A stretch of DNA of 62,674 nt, counting the filler, from Phoronis australis (Eukaryota > Animalia > Phoronida): the NCBI GenBank assembly GCA_002633005.1. It is 6 parts of 6 records of this genome, joined end to end, with 100 filler letters (N's around TTAATTAATTAA, not from the genome) between each part and the next. Parts side by side here need not be neighbours in the genome. Positions count along the whole stretch, not along the records: positions 1 to 25,000 come from NMRA01000516.1; positions 25,101 to 41,366 come from NMRA01000033.1; 4 more parts are not named here. The stretch is one strand, 5' to 3'. Positions 24,837-37,060 of the stretch are shown here, piece after piece; positions within the stretch are counted from its first letter, which is position 1, and every line of letters begins with the position of its first letter. The notes under the pieces are model-generated. The model had not been told where the DNA came from. It did no database searches and worked only from the letters and a program-made list of their open reading frames with translations. Both the position numbers and the translations under genes were made by a program.

Positions 24837-25000
24837 CAGTGGCTGATCTACGGTGGGGCAGGGTTCAGGGGTTTAACCCCCCCCCCATGGGCAAGGACCC
24901 AAAAATAGAAAAAAACAAAAACGTCTCAAGCAAAACAAAAACGGCACCGCCCGCTTGTGTAAACCCCAAATAAACCAACTTGGAAAAAAATTGAGGGGGG

Positions 25001-25100
25001 NNNNNNNNNNNNNNNNNNNNNNNNNNNNNNNNNNNNNNNNNNNNTTAATTAATTAANNNNNNNNNNNNNNNNNNNNNNNNNNNNNNNNNNNNNNNNNNNN
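25001..25100. other. Artificial scaffold join (N44-TTAATTAATTAA-N44); identical joins at 41367-41466, 48890-48989, 52194-52293, 58599-58698
   Basis: The same 100-base layout appears five times. The 12-mer gives stops in all six frames. Confidence 0.95.
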
Positions 25101-25452
25101 ATTATTGTCAAATAGAAAACTCAGAAATATGTTTGACTATTATGAAAAATAGCGTGAATAAGAAATGACGAAAGTTTAAATAGTTTAATACAAGTATGTT
25201 TGAATATGATGCAGTTATCATGGAAATTAGATCAGTAATGTGTTTAGAGTTACCAAAATAATAAGCTAGGAATCTTATTACGGTAATTAAAGTTTATATC
25301 GGAATTATAAATAGCGTTTGACAAGTAATTGTTATTTAGATTAATTAGTTTCTAATGTTTTGTAATTTGTTGTTTACAGATCGAATAAAATATACTATCA
25401 TTTATATGATTTAAAGAGGAATCCTAGTTCTCATTGGTTTCGGCCTTGAGCC

Positions 25453-26326
25453 TGTCAGCGGTACACTCACCAAGCACAGCGGGTAGATTATTTAGAGGTT
25501 TCACCCATGTCTCTATGGAGCTACTTTAGAGGTGAATACATCGCGAATGTGCATAACTTATGCAAATTAAGGCAAACATCAATAAAAATCTTACTTGTGC
25601 ACGTCCTCCGTATCAGACACCACAGATCAGCGTATATTGGTATATGCACCCATGCTTATGTGGATAGTTAATTTAACGGAGCTACTTTATTGAGGCTGTT
25701 GCTTCAGAACAGAACTGGTTCTAATTAATCTCGACAGCATTTTCGAAAGTCTACTCGAACGAAACGTTCGACGTAATATCTGTTCTACGATCCAGACAAT
25801 GCCGTGAAGCCTTGACTTTTAATCGTGATGAAATCCTGATAAACTTCCAGAGATTATTACACTCGTTGTTTCAATAACCTACTGTCTCTATTAATAACTG
25901 GCTCTCTGTCAACTAAAGTTGAAAATGCTGATCCTCTTCACTGCAACTCAACTGTAACTTTAACTGTAACTGTATCGCCAGCTATAGCGCAACTTCGTCT
26001 GCGATTAACACGTGACTGGGAATTTATAGTCTCTAACAATTATCTGAAACGCATCACTAATTCAAGCGGATTGTAGAACTTTGTAGAAGCTGTTACCCAA
26101 TTATTCTACAAACATATTCTAGGTTCTAGAAAGCTCCAAAGTATGGTCCTATATTAATCGCTAGCCTCCTGGAGTCTTCTAGAATGTTCTTTACTTGTAC
26201 ATTATATACCAATCAAATCATCACTTACATGAGCCCATGCGTCGATATGAATCAAGTGCTGTCTTCTGGAATACAAATAGAACAGTAAAATAAAACCTTT
26301 TTAACTAAACCAGTGTCAGTCGTACA
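25453..26326 (-). mobile_element. Putative solo LTR with heat-shock elements
   Basis: TG...CA ends (TGTACG...CTGACA on minus). HSE-like nTTCnnGAAn runs at 26075-26190, TATAAA at 26028-26023, AATAAA at 25691-25686. No TSD seen. Confidence 0.4.
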
Positions 26327-27405
26327 TCAGACAATAGCAACATGCTCCAGATCAAACGTTTAGACATAACGATCCGTTAGGTTAACTAAAATTGACAGTT
26401 TTGGTTTCTTCAGAGTATTTTGTCTTGTCTTTGATAAAAATCGTGGTTGAACAGAGAAGCTGCTTTAGTTTTCACAAACTGTTGCGTTTAATTAAAAAGA
26501 TAGGAAACTCCGTTTTTACGATTTCAACCAATCCCCGTTCTGTCGCCTGCTAATATATCATGGGTGTCAATCTCGAACGATAAAAGCTGGAATCAACCAA
26601 CAACTTATACTCCCTTTGTTACACCTTGGATTTTAAGGTTCTTGGCGGGTGTTCTTTTTCGGCAGTTGCCTCGCAATTTGCTAAAAGCGTAGGTCACGCT
26701 TGCCCGTTTTGCAGAATTCCAAAAGAGTTCTCAAATTTTCCTCCAAACTTTTAAAGGTGGTCGAGGGTTGTAGAGCATTATTTTGCTTCAGCGAATTGAT
26801 GGAACTATTGTTTTTGTTACATTGTACCTGTATTCAGTTAGCCGCTGATATACAGCTAGATAAGCGCGGGATCCCGAATCATGCTAACCATTTGAGATGA
26901 ATATGTTACGTAACCGATTCACTGTCCCGCTGTTGTATTTTAGCCCGTTTCCGATTCGTTTTGCGGTTTATTCATTTTCCTCATATATAATAACTAAAAT
27001 AAACATGAAAGCAAACATTCGCGGGCTCATGATGGACCGTCAGGACGGCCCATCAATTTGTCTCGACGTTTGTTCATCTCGCAGCAGGATTACGGCGCGA
27101 ACTGGTAAGCTGGTGCGCATCTTATTCTTTCAAATTAGTTAACCAGTTGTTAAAAATCAGCCAACATTTCCTACAACTACTTCTTAACTCCTAACGTTGT
27201 TACCCATATGACAAATTCTTAACTCAACATATCCCGTTTCTGTTGGTTTTTCTGACTCCTGTGACCATTTCATTCGCCGTTTCAGTGCATGAAAAGTAAC
27301 CGCTGCATTTTTATTAGCTTATATAACGAAGTGTATCAAAGTAATTAGAAATTCACACATCAACTCCCGATAGTGCGTGTTTATACGCGAAGCAGAAGAA
27401 AGACA

Positions 27406-28500
27406 ATTTACTAATTATCATTTTGCATGCCTGACATGCGCCTTTTTCCTTTGTGGTCCTCTGACGGTGGTATTAACGTTAAGAGAATTGACGCCCTTTT
27501 ACTTCTTAACATCCTAAGGAAAAAAGTTGCCAAAAACGAAAGACATTCTTTATATCTGTAAGTACCATGCGACTGTTTTTAATATAATATCGCGACAATT
27601 CGCACTGGAAAAAATACAACTACCTACCAAGGGTTATAAAATATGATTATCAGTCGCAGAGCTAAGATAAATACAATGATAAAATATTTTGTTTGGCAAA
27701 ATAAACCACCCAGAATACAATTTACTAATTATCATTTTGCATGCCTGACATGCACCTTTTTCCTTCGTGGTCCTCTAACCGGGGTATTAACGTTAAGAGA
27801 ATTGACGCCATTTTACTTCTTAACATCCTGAGGAAAAAAATTACCAAAAACGAAAAACATTCTTTATATCTGTATTTAGTAAGTACGATGCGACTGTTTT
27901 GAATATGATATCGCGACAATTCGCACTGTAGAAATACAACTACCTACCAAAGTTTATAAAGTATGATTATCAGTCGCAGAGCTAACATAAATACAATGAT
28001 AAAATATATTGTTTGGCAAAATAAACCACCCAGAATAAGAAAAATGTAGCTGTAAATACCCATGAGAATGACGGTTTGTCAGCTCCTGATATAGATATTA
28101 TGTACAAGTCATTACTAGTTGGATATGTTACGCGTTGCTTAGGAAGTTTTTACAGTGTCTCTAAGGTATGTTTTCAAAACATATAGGGGTATTTTGATCT
28201 TTAAATCAAATTATGATAGTAATTTGCTGTCTCTTGCAAATATTAATAACTTCTATCATGACATCTTGATTGCTTGGGAAGAAATTATTGCTCATTTACA
28301 TAAGGACTTAACAATTGTAAACCAACTAGTGTGGAATATCAAAAACGTATTGACTAATGGGAGGGTTGTATTCTTTAATAGTTTCTTTGAGGCTGGTATT
28401 ATTTTTGTGAAGGATTTTTTGAATTTTGAAAATAAATTTCTGACATCAGAGGTTTTGAAAAATAGATATAAGCTTTCAAATTGGATTCATTATCCTAATA
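27406..28500 (+). mobile_element. L1/Tx1-like LINE ORF2 3' fragment with a ~314-bp tandem duplication at its 5' side
   Basis: IKYFVWQNKPPRI, DGLSAPDIDI, FYHDILIAW, QLVWN.KNV, FFEAGIIFVKDFLN are post-RT motifs of L1/Tx1 ORF2. 27406-27717 is repeated at 27718-28035. Confidence 0.8.
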
Positions 28501-30424
28501 GAAACTGTTTCACGCAACCGGCTAAAGATACCCGAACTACAGAGGTTCAGACAGGCTTGTCAGGGAGCCCCCTTGTGTACATTGGCATTCCGCGTGTTCG
28601 TGGATTGCCCAAAGAACAGAGAGAAGGTACCTGTGTGGATTTAGACACAGAGGCATTGGATGGCTCCATGCCATTATACGTGAAGCTTAGACATGTGGAC
28701 GTATACCTGAAATTTTGGAGTTAATATATTTTTTAGAAAATACGTTATTTCGGAGAATGACACATGGGCGTAAGTGCGTACATATGCGGTGCGTGCAAAA
28801 TAATACACATTTCTTACGGTATGAGCACAGGCCTGCAGAACTTACTAAATCTCAATGACGTGTGGTCAAGATCCAAAACGTTACACTAATTATTCGTAAG
28901 AAGACAGATTGGATATCTGCACGTACTGGTTTTACACTCTAACGCTTTCACAACTGACACACCATGCTCGTAACCAAGCGAACGAACACAAAATAGCCAC
29001 CCCAAAACCACCACTTCCCTGCCTACGCACGAAGAAAGCCAATATTAGATACTGGAATGAAATTGCCTACCGATTCTGAGAATATGATCCAAAAGTACCG
29101 TCAACCGACTATCTTTTATTTAAAATCTGACTTGTTTGGGGGTTACCTGAAATCGCAACCAATTTCTCATTCGCTGCCCAGCAATGCACACTTGCAACAG
29201 GGTCCGCTATCATGAAGAAGAGTGCAGCTACAGCCGAGGAAGTCGTCTTTTTCCATTCTCAACATGTTCACAAATACAAACAAACCAATTTCTTGCAATT
29301 CCTACCTAAAATATCCAGCCAATCCTGGCCTACCCTTAATTTTTTTATATTTTGGGAGTGCAATTTGGCCGCGGCCGGAGCCTAACTATTCAGCATTACC
29401 TGTTCTCTGACGATCATGTCTACTGAATTGACAACATGCTGGTGAGACTGGCATTGCCTGAAACACTGCTCACCAAACCTCTCTGCGTGAAAAAAATGTA
29501 GAATTCAGGACAGTCAGTACGTAATAATGATGAAATTATGGAAAAATATTATATCTGTGTGCGAAGAAAGACACAATCAGGCAAAATATTTAGGAAACTT
29601 AGTTGAGTCCATATTTGTGACTATTTCATGCAACTTGGCACTGAAATCCTTCAGTAAACAGTTGTTCATTATAGCATGGGCGTATAAAGCGAGCATGTGC
29701 GTTTGAAAGTGAAAATTCTGAAAAGTCTGAGATAGATGTTTAGTAGAACAACTTTGGTATTGCATTATCAAATAAGTCAGAGAAAACGCTTGTCTAGTAG
29801 AAAAGCATAGCTAAATATACCTCACGATTCCAGTTTGTGCTCACGATTACCTATACTCTACACTAACTGCAAGGTTTTTGTCACTGGGCAACTCGGATCG
29901 CGTTACGTCTTGCCCCACTTGCTATTTAAAAACATCATGAATCGATAAATGTATAAGACGTAAATCTAATGATAGTTTCCATGACACGTATATGGAGTCA
30001 GTCACAACTTATTATGCGCGTTGCTACTAGCCCCATTCTTCCCTATTTTACATTATTATCGCTTACTATTTTGGGAGCACTTTGTATATGTTGTCGGGTC
30101 ATAAAGTCTAAGACCGAGGTATAGATGCCATTGTTTAAAGAATGAACATAACACTGAATGAAGCTGTCCACACCTAGACCCAAAGAGGCACCTTCATACA
30201 AACTTGCTTGGAAATAAACTGCGAAAGCGCTGCAAACCAGTTACATGTATTAACAGAGCAACTGACCGTCTTAATTTTTTTTTCAATTAGATATAAACGT
30301 CTCCCAAAACGTTGGTCTATTTTTAGGTTACTAAAGTAAACTTGTAAAAAACACTCACAATAATAATTCGATTAAGCGGAAAACTGCTTGTCGGTAATTC
30401 GTCTTATATTTGCCTTGTTAGTGG

Positions 30425-30431
30425 TATAAAA
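30425..30431 (+). promoter_or_regulatory. TATA box
   Basis: TATAAAA about 55 nt upstream of ATG 30480. Confidence 0.55.
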
Positions 30432-30479
30432 TTATCACTGGTGTAGCTGGCATTATTCTTGTGCTTGAAAACTTGGAGA

Positions 30480-30570
30480 ATGATGTCGTCTGCTGGTGGC
30501 TTCGCTGTAGTACTAGCCACGTTGAGCTTTGTCTGTTATGACGTAAACAATGTGGAAGGCGGTCACCCGT
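30480..30570 (+). CDS. First coding exon of a secreted protein (signal peptide)
   Basis: MMSSAGGFAVVLATLSFVCYDVNNVEG-GHP: hydrophobic core, V-E-G cleavage-type site, consensus GTAAGT donor at 30571 (phase 1), upstream TATA. Confidence 0.65.
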
Positions 30571-31619
30571 GTAAGTGTTTAACTCACCTGCGTGTCGACA
30601 ATTTTAAACATTTACTAATCCAGTATTTGTTGAAGACATGACAGTGTTCACTATTAATAACTTTCAATTACATTAAATTGTGTTTTCATCAAATTATCAA
30701 ATTTTGTCGACACCATGGTATGTTACCAAAATTACATGTAACTATTTAAATCCACAATTTTTATAGAAATTTCAGTCTTCATAAGTTTTTCTAAAGACGT
30801 GGAGCAATGGCGTCAGAAATAATTACTTCTCGCCCTCACACAGTGGCATATTCTGAAGAACGGTCACCAATTTAAACCATAATATACTCGAGAACGGAAT
30901 AATAGAAATTTGAGTTCACAGCAATGTACAACAGAAAATGTCAAATGTATTGTCAAGTTCGATTTCTAGTTAAACGATTAAGCGCGGGAATTCTTCTGAA
31001 GCATATCAAACTTGATGTTTTCCTCAAGCTTACAAACCACTTCTAGTCAGAAACCAGTAGAGGTCAATTTTTGACTCTCAGTACCCCTGTGAAGAAAGTA
31101 TTTTTAAATTGGTAAAAGCGTGATCTTACCGAGAACACGTTGCGACAGATGCTGCACGACCATTTTGCTCAATCGTTGATGCGCCGTGTGGGCATCCGGA
31201 ATACTTCGGGTATCTTCGTAACTTTGATTTTAAACTTCACCTGCATAAGAGCAAGCTTCAGTCATGCAGTCAATTACTGTCCAGTTTGAAAGTCATATTA
31301 TTTTCCATGTGATTGAAGAATGCATTTTCCCAGATAACGAACACGTCCGAGAGGAATCTTGAGGTTACGGAAATACATGTACCTGAGGTGTCCCAAACGC
31401 CCATCGAGGTGTTTCATATCTGCGCAAGTGCAATTTTCAGTCCTACGACCAATCATTGCCATGGATACTTGCGGCATTACTGAAGTTCAAACATGCGCAA
31501 ATATGAAACAAATCTGCTCTTGAACAGTGGCAACAAATCCTCAAGCCGAAATGTGTCCACCTTGTATGAGCAACTCTTTCGTCCAAAAGCGCGCGTACAA
31601 CAGTTACGAATCTGTTTTC

Positions 31620-33170
31620 AACAATTTCTACATGTAAGTCCCTTATTAATTGAACCATTGTGCGTTATAATCAATCAATCAATTGAAAAGGATGGCTCAA
31701 GATGTGTGGAAATATATCCCCCTATTTCAATTTTACCTTGTATTTCCAAGATTTTTGAAAGGGTTGTTTACAGTCGCTTATACACGTACTTTGTGAAAAT
31801 CATTTATTTAATTTCTCATCACAATAAGATTTTAGTAACGAGCATTCTTCAGAGTTGGCACGGGTTGAAATTTTTGAAAGAATTGTTATGAGCATGGAAA
31901 ATGATAACAAGCCAGTCTTTGACCTTCTTTGATCTTTCACTTAGGCTTTTGTTTCAATAACTCATTCAAATTTTACTTGATCAATTACAATTGTATGATT
32001 GCCGTTCAATTTTAAAATTATTAGGTAATTATTTTTTCAATCGTTCTCAATTTGTTGAATTAGAAAGTATGAAATCTGAAACGATTCCAATTGCACAAGG
32101 TGTTCCTCAAGTTTCCATTTTAGGACATCTCTTACTCAACATTTATGTGAATGATCTCACGTTTTGTACTGACTTGTTTAACTGTATTCTATATGCAGAC
32201 GACAGCTCTGATCATTGGCAATTATAATGATATTACAATCCAGGACTCGAAATATGTATCTGATCAGCTATTCCTCAATTTAAACAAATCCAATTGTATG
32301 ATTTTTCATTCCTGTCGTAACTCTAAATTTAATTTCATTATCTCAATAACAAAACTGATAGAGAAAGGACTAAAACATTCAATTGGTTAGGAATAATTAT
32401 TCAAGAAAATTTGTCTTGTGTAAATCACATCGCTAGCTTAAATAGTTTAATTTCCTGGTGTTTTAAACACTGCATCTCAGATTCAATGTTGAGTCTACTG
32501 TGTAACTTATTACTTCATCTGAAATATGGAATATTGGTATGAAATAGCGAACGTAAGCATTATTATGTTTCAAAAGAAAGTTAATTAGAATTGGGAATGC
32601 TTGCAAATAATTATAATACTCACTCTGAGCCCTTGCCCAATAGAAGATTTATATAAGGCAGCCGTTATCAAATCCTGTTATAAATGTGTTAATAACATGC
32701 TACTGAACTATTTCGATACTTTCAACATTACCGCTCGTTCTATCTTTCGCCAAGATTACACCTGACAAAGAACTACACTATTACAAACTTCTGTTCTAAG
32801 AATCATTTAAAAAAATTCTGTATAATATTTTACATAACCGTGCTGTGTCTTTGACAAGGTTTATACGCGTATTATAGAAATCGTTGCTTTGATGATTATG
32901 GTCTTGATTACACCATTGCCAACTGCTATGTTTGTAAACGTGCTTAATAATTTAGTTAAGTCTTCCAACTTCCACAAAATACTATTTGCTGTTTGAGTGA
33001 AAATTTCATTTCGCATGTCTGTTTATTTCTTCGCCATATTTGCTGCGTATCTTTTATTTGTTTATATTTACCATTGTGTAATTTATGGGTGGCCCTGCGA
33101 TACGATGGAGAGCATAGTCTTTCACAGGCCTGGGTCTTCCGTAATTCAATATACTATTCGTCGTTTTGTT
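31620..33170 (+). mobile_element. Degenerate CR1/L2-group LINE (RT and 3' region)
   Basis: IEPLCVIINQSI, YPPISILPCISKIFERVVYSRL, NRSQFVEL, GVPQVSILGHLLLNIYVNDL and LYADDS motifs, with stops and frameshifts. Confidence 0.9.
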
Positions 33171-33394
33171 TTTAAAATGACACGATATCAAAGCACTACT
33201 GCTCCAACAATTCGCTCACAGGCGGAGACGCGGGGTACAGGACGTTTGATGGCGGGAAAACTTGGTATTACTTTGGTACATGCCCAACTGCAAGAAGTAT
33301 AGAAGTTGTTCATAAGGTGCTCAAGATCCGCAGGTAAAGTACCGTTATCAGAAACTTGTATAGGTAGCACCTAGACAGGGTTGAGTTCAGCAGA

Positions 33395-33605
33395 TGCAAC
33401 TAAGATTCTCGAGAAAAAAGCTAGCGTGATCACGTGTTTTGAGTGACGACTTCTCGTGAAGTTTTGCGTGATCACGCGTTTTCGCTAGGGTCTCTGATTT
33501 ACGGACAGCACGTCCCTGCAGTTTATGCTACCTGCACCCTGAATGTAATTTTTGTAAAATAAAACACAATTGCAGGCGATCCAGTACTCATGGTACCAGA
33601 CGCGG
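33395..33605 (+). mobile_element. Possible short LTR plus tRNA-Leu-like primer-binding site
   Basis: TG...CA segment with AATAAA (~33558), followed immediately by TGGTACCAGACGCGG (33591). No gag ORF downstream. Confidence 0.4.
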
Positions 33606-34377
33606 ACAGCTCAGGCGGGCCTCGTAGATTAATCTTGGAATCACTTTTATGCTTTATTGACTTATAGCTCAGACATACTATATATATCTAAGCTTATAGT
33701 GAACATTTAAGTCCCGACATCTTTTGCTTATAATGTTTGGCATGCGCAGTTCAAGGTTAAAAAGACCGGCAGTGACCGGTTAACTTTGTTTACTCCAAAC
33801 GGTGGGGTTTGATGTGCATGTAACAAATTTGCGTAGTTTGCAACACCCCAGAACGCGGCAAGTTCGTCATTAGACTGCTTGCTAAGTAACGAAGATCACC
33901 GTAATGATCACAAGCTTGATTTTTGCAAGAGACTTCCGTGTTTTAAATTTCTAAAAACGAAGTTTGAAATAACCGGGAACGATCTTTTAGTATGTTTTAA
34001 TTATTGGTTGTGTAGTGTATTGGATTTGGCTACGGTAAATCCTACTAACCATGGGATCTCTGGCCAGTCTTCATATGTTGTTTTGTAACGTGTCATGCTG
34101 GAGCGATGTGCAAGGATCACCAGTGTGTAGTGGAGTGAACAATGACTGATCTCATCCAGGTGCGCTACACTCTTCAAACAGTACATGTACAAGTTTTTCG
34201 ACATTTCGCATACGATACACATAAATGCATTTACGCAGTCTCTCATTGGTTCGTTGCAATCCATTTGACGTAGCAGTGTACAAATTTGATTGATTAACTC
34301 CCTTTTTAATTAACAACGTTGTTTTCGTGCATATAATGGAAAGAAACGAGTTCGAGAACGTTGCATTAATATACATG

Positions 34378-37060
34378 TAGATTTTTACATGGCGAAGTCG
34401 TTATCCCCCGTTATCTAGAGGTCGAGTGGATTTTGGAGTATTATCGCCTTAACCCCGAGGGTGATAATTCTACAAAATTCACGAGGGCTCTAGAGAAGAG
34501 GGGTAACGACTGAGAATATGTAATAATCTATTTATACCACTTACTGAACGAGAAACATTGAATCGATCTACCTTTCTCGACTCGGCTTGGCTTTCTATGT
34601 CAGAGGCCTGGGGTCGGAGGTCTTGACCTTTTAAGAAAAGCCGAGCTATTTTTGTCAAATAATGCTTTTACTCAAAACCAATTGAAAAATAAAACAAAAT
34701 AGAAATAAAGTAAATCTATAAATTAAGGTTTAGTAACTATTATAGATTACTAGTATTTTAATGATTAATTGTAATTTTATTCCACTGACAGCTCATTTTA
34801 GCCCATAACTTAAAATTTTATTGCATAAACTGGCGTACACCTGTATCTTATTTCTCAACTTCATATCACGCACTTATCTTGGTTGAAGCACGACACACAC
34901 TCGGCCAGGAAACGCAGTCCGTGCGAGTATTATAATGCGCGTGGCCGACGAGTCAACTCAATGACTTTGGCTAAAAGTGAAACCTTCATAACAAGATAAC
35001 TTCGTTTATACCACAATATTAGCCTCGAATGGCAGATACAACCGTGTAATAACCCATAAAGTTATTTCACTAGTGAGATAACATTTTGGTGGGAAACCGA
35101 GGCCGGATTCGAACAGTTGCGAGTCGCCGACTTTACCACCTCACCACTCAGCGGCTGACGTCATCGAACGTGAAAATAGAATACTTAAATCGTGGATTTT
35201 GTAGAATTATCACCCTCGGGGCTGACGCTCCTCGGGCGATAATTCTCCAAAATCCACTCGGGCTCTAGATAACGGGATAACGACTTCGACATGTAATAAT
35301 CTTTATACCACAATATTAGCGTCAAATGACAGATACAGCCGTGTAATAACCCATAAAATTATCTCACTAGTGAGATAACGATTTGGCGGGAAACGGAGGA
35401 CGGGGTCGAACCCGGGACCCTAATATTGCTGGTCGCCGACTTTACCACTCACTACACCACGCAGCGACTGACGTCATCAAGAGTGAAAATAGAATACTTA
35501 AATGAGCACGCGCAATAATGGCACGTTCAACAAACCGCATTGTACTGTACTTATACGTTACGAAAAATAAGACACATAATTTCCATAAAAATGATATCTT
35601 AAAAATGATATCTTAATTCTCTCATGTCTTCTTACTTGTACATGTGTAAATCACCGATCACTAGTTTGAATGCGGGTATCGTGTCGTCAGGATCTTTGAC
35701 TTGAGAATTATATTCAGTTACCAGTGGTAACCTACTTTAGCAGACGATAATTTCCCGGTCGAAGCTTAGCGTAAAAAAAACGTGTTTTCAGCTATAATAA
35801 TTGGTAAACCTTAATTTATAAATTCAAATTATTTCTATAATATCTAAGTTTTCAATTGGTTTTGAGTAAAAGCAATATTTGACAAAAATAACCGGGCTTT
35901 TCTTAAAAGGTCACGACCTCCGACCCCGGGCCCCTGACATAGAAAGTAGTTACAAAGCCGTGGAGAGTCAGAAAAGGTAAATCGATTCATCGAAATCTCA
36001 CACGTTTAGTATGTGGTATAAATATATATAGATTATTACATGTTCTCAGCAATTATCCCCCTTATCTAGAGCCCGAGTGGATTTTGGAGAATTATCACCC
36101 TCGGGGCTGACGCCCCTCGGGCGATAATTCTCCAAAATCCACTCGGGCTCTAGATAACGGGGGATAACGACTTCGCCATGTAATAATCTATATATATTTA
36201 TACCACAATATTAGCCTCGAATGGCAGATACAACCGTGTAAAAACCCATAAAGTTATCTCACTAGTGAGATAACATTATGGCGGGAAACCGGGGCCGGAT
36301 TCGAACCCGGGCCTCAACAGTTTCGAGTCGCCGACTTTACAACTACACCACTCAGTGGCTGACGTCATCGAACGTGAAAATAGAATACTTAAATGAGCAC
36401 GCGCAACAATCGCATGTTTAACAAAGAGCATTGCACCGACATTGATACGCTATGAAAAATAAGACGCATAATTGCCATAAAAGCGATATTTTAATTCATT
36501 GAAATTTTTCTCTCGTGTTCTCTCACTTGTAAATCACCAATCTCCAATTTGAATGCAGGCATCGTGTCTTCGGGATCCTTTGACTTGAGCATTATAATCA
36601 GTTACTAGTGGTAACCTACTTTAGCAGACTAAGGTCCTTGAATTTGTGATTTTGGCATTCTTTTGGCATTTTTGTAGTCGAAGGCAATTTGAAGAGATCA
36701 AATGAAAGAAGATATTCTAAGATTTGTTCGATGGCAGTTTCGTGGAGTTCCATGAACATTTGAGAAGAAAATTCTGAGCAAACAGATTTTGAGTGTCCAA
36801 CCTTTATATTTTCATAGTATTGAGTGACGTCATTTGCGATCGATGAACAGACAAACTCAAGCGCCTGGGATTTAAGTATTCTATTTTCACGTTCGATGAC
36901 GTCAGCCGCTGATTGGTGTAGTGGTTACATGTAGGTCTCGCAACTCTTGAGGCCCGGGTTCGAATCCGGCCTCGGTTTCCAGCCAAAATGTGATCTCACT
37001 CGTGAGATATTTTATGGGTTATTACACGGTTGTATCTGCCATTGGAGGCTAATATTGTGG
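34378..37060. mobile_element. Cluster of an unclassified non-autonomous repeat: long hairpin + arm X + tRNA-like arm Y
   Basis: Hairpins at 34378-34540, 35190-35302 (partial) and 36012-36207. Arm X at 34540-34745 is inverted at 35805-36010. Arm Y at 35005, 35303 and 36197, and inverted at 36870-37060. Confidence 0.8.

Noticed and set aside
25045-25056. Recurrent TTAATTAATTAA palindrome
   Set aside because: Always centred in a 100-base N block. It is an assembly linker, not biology.
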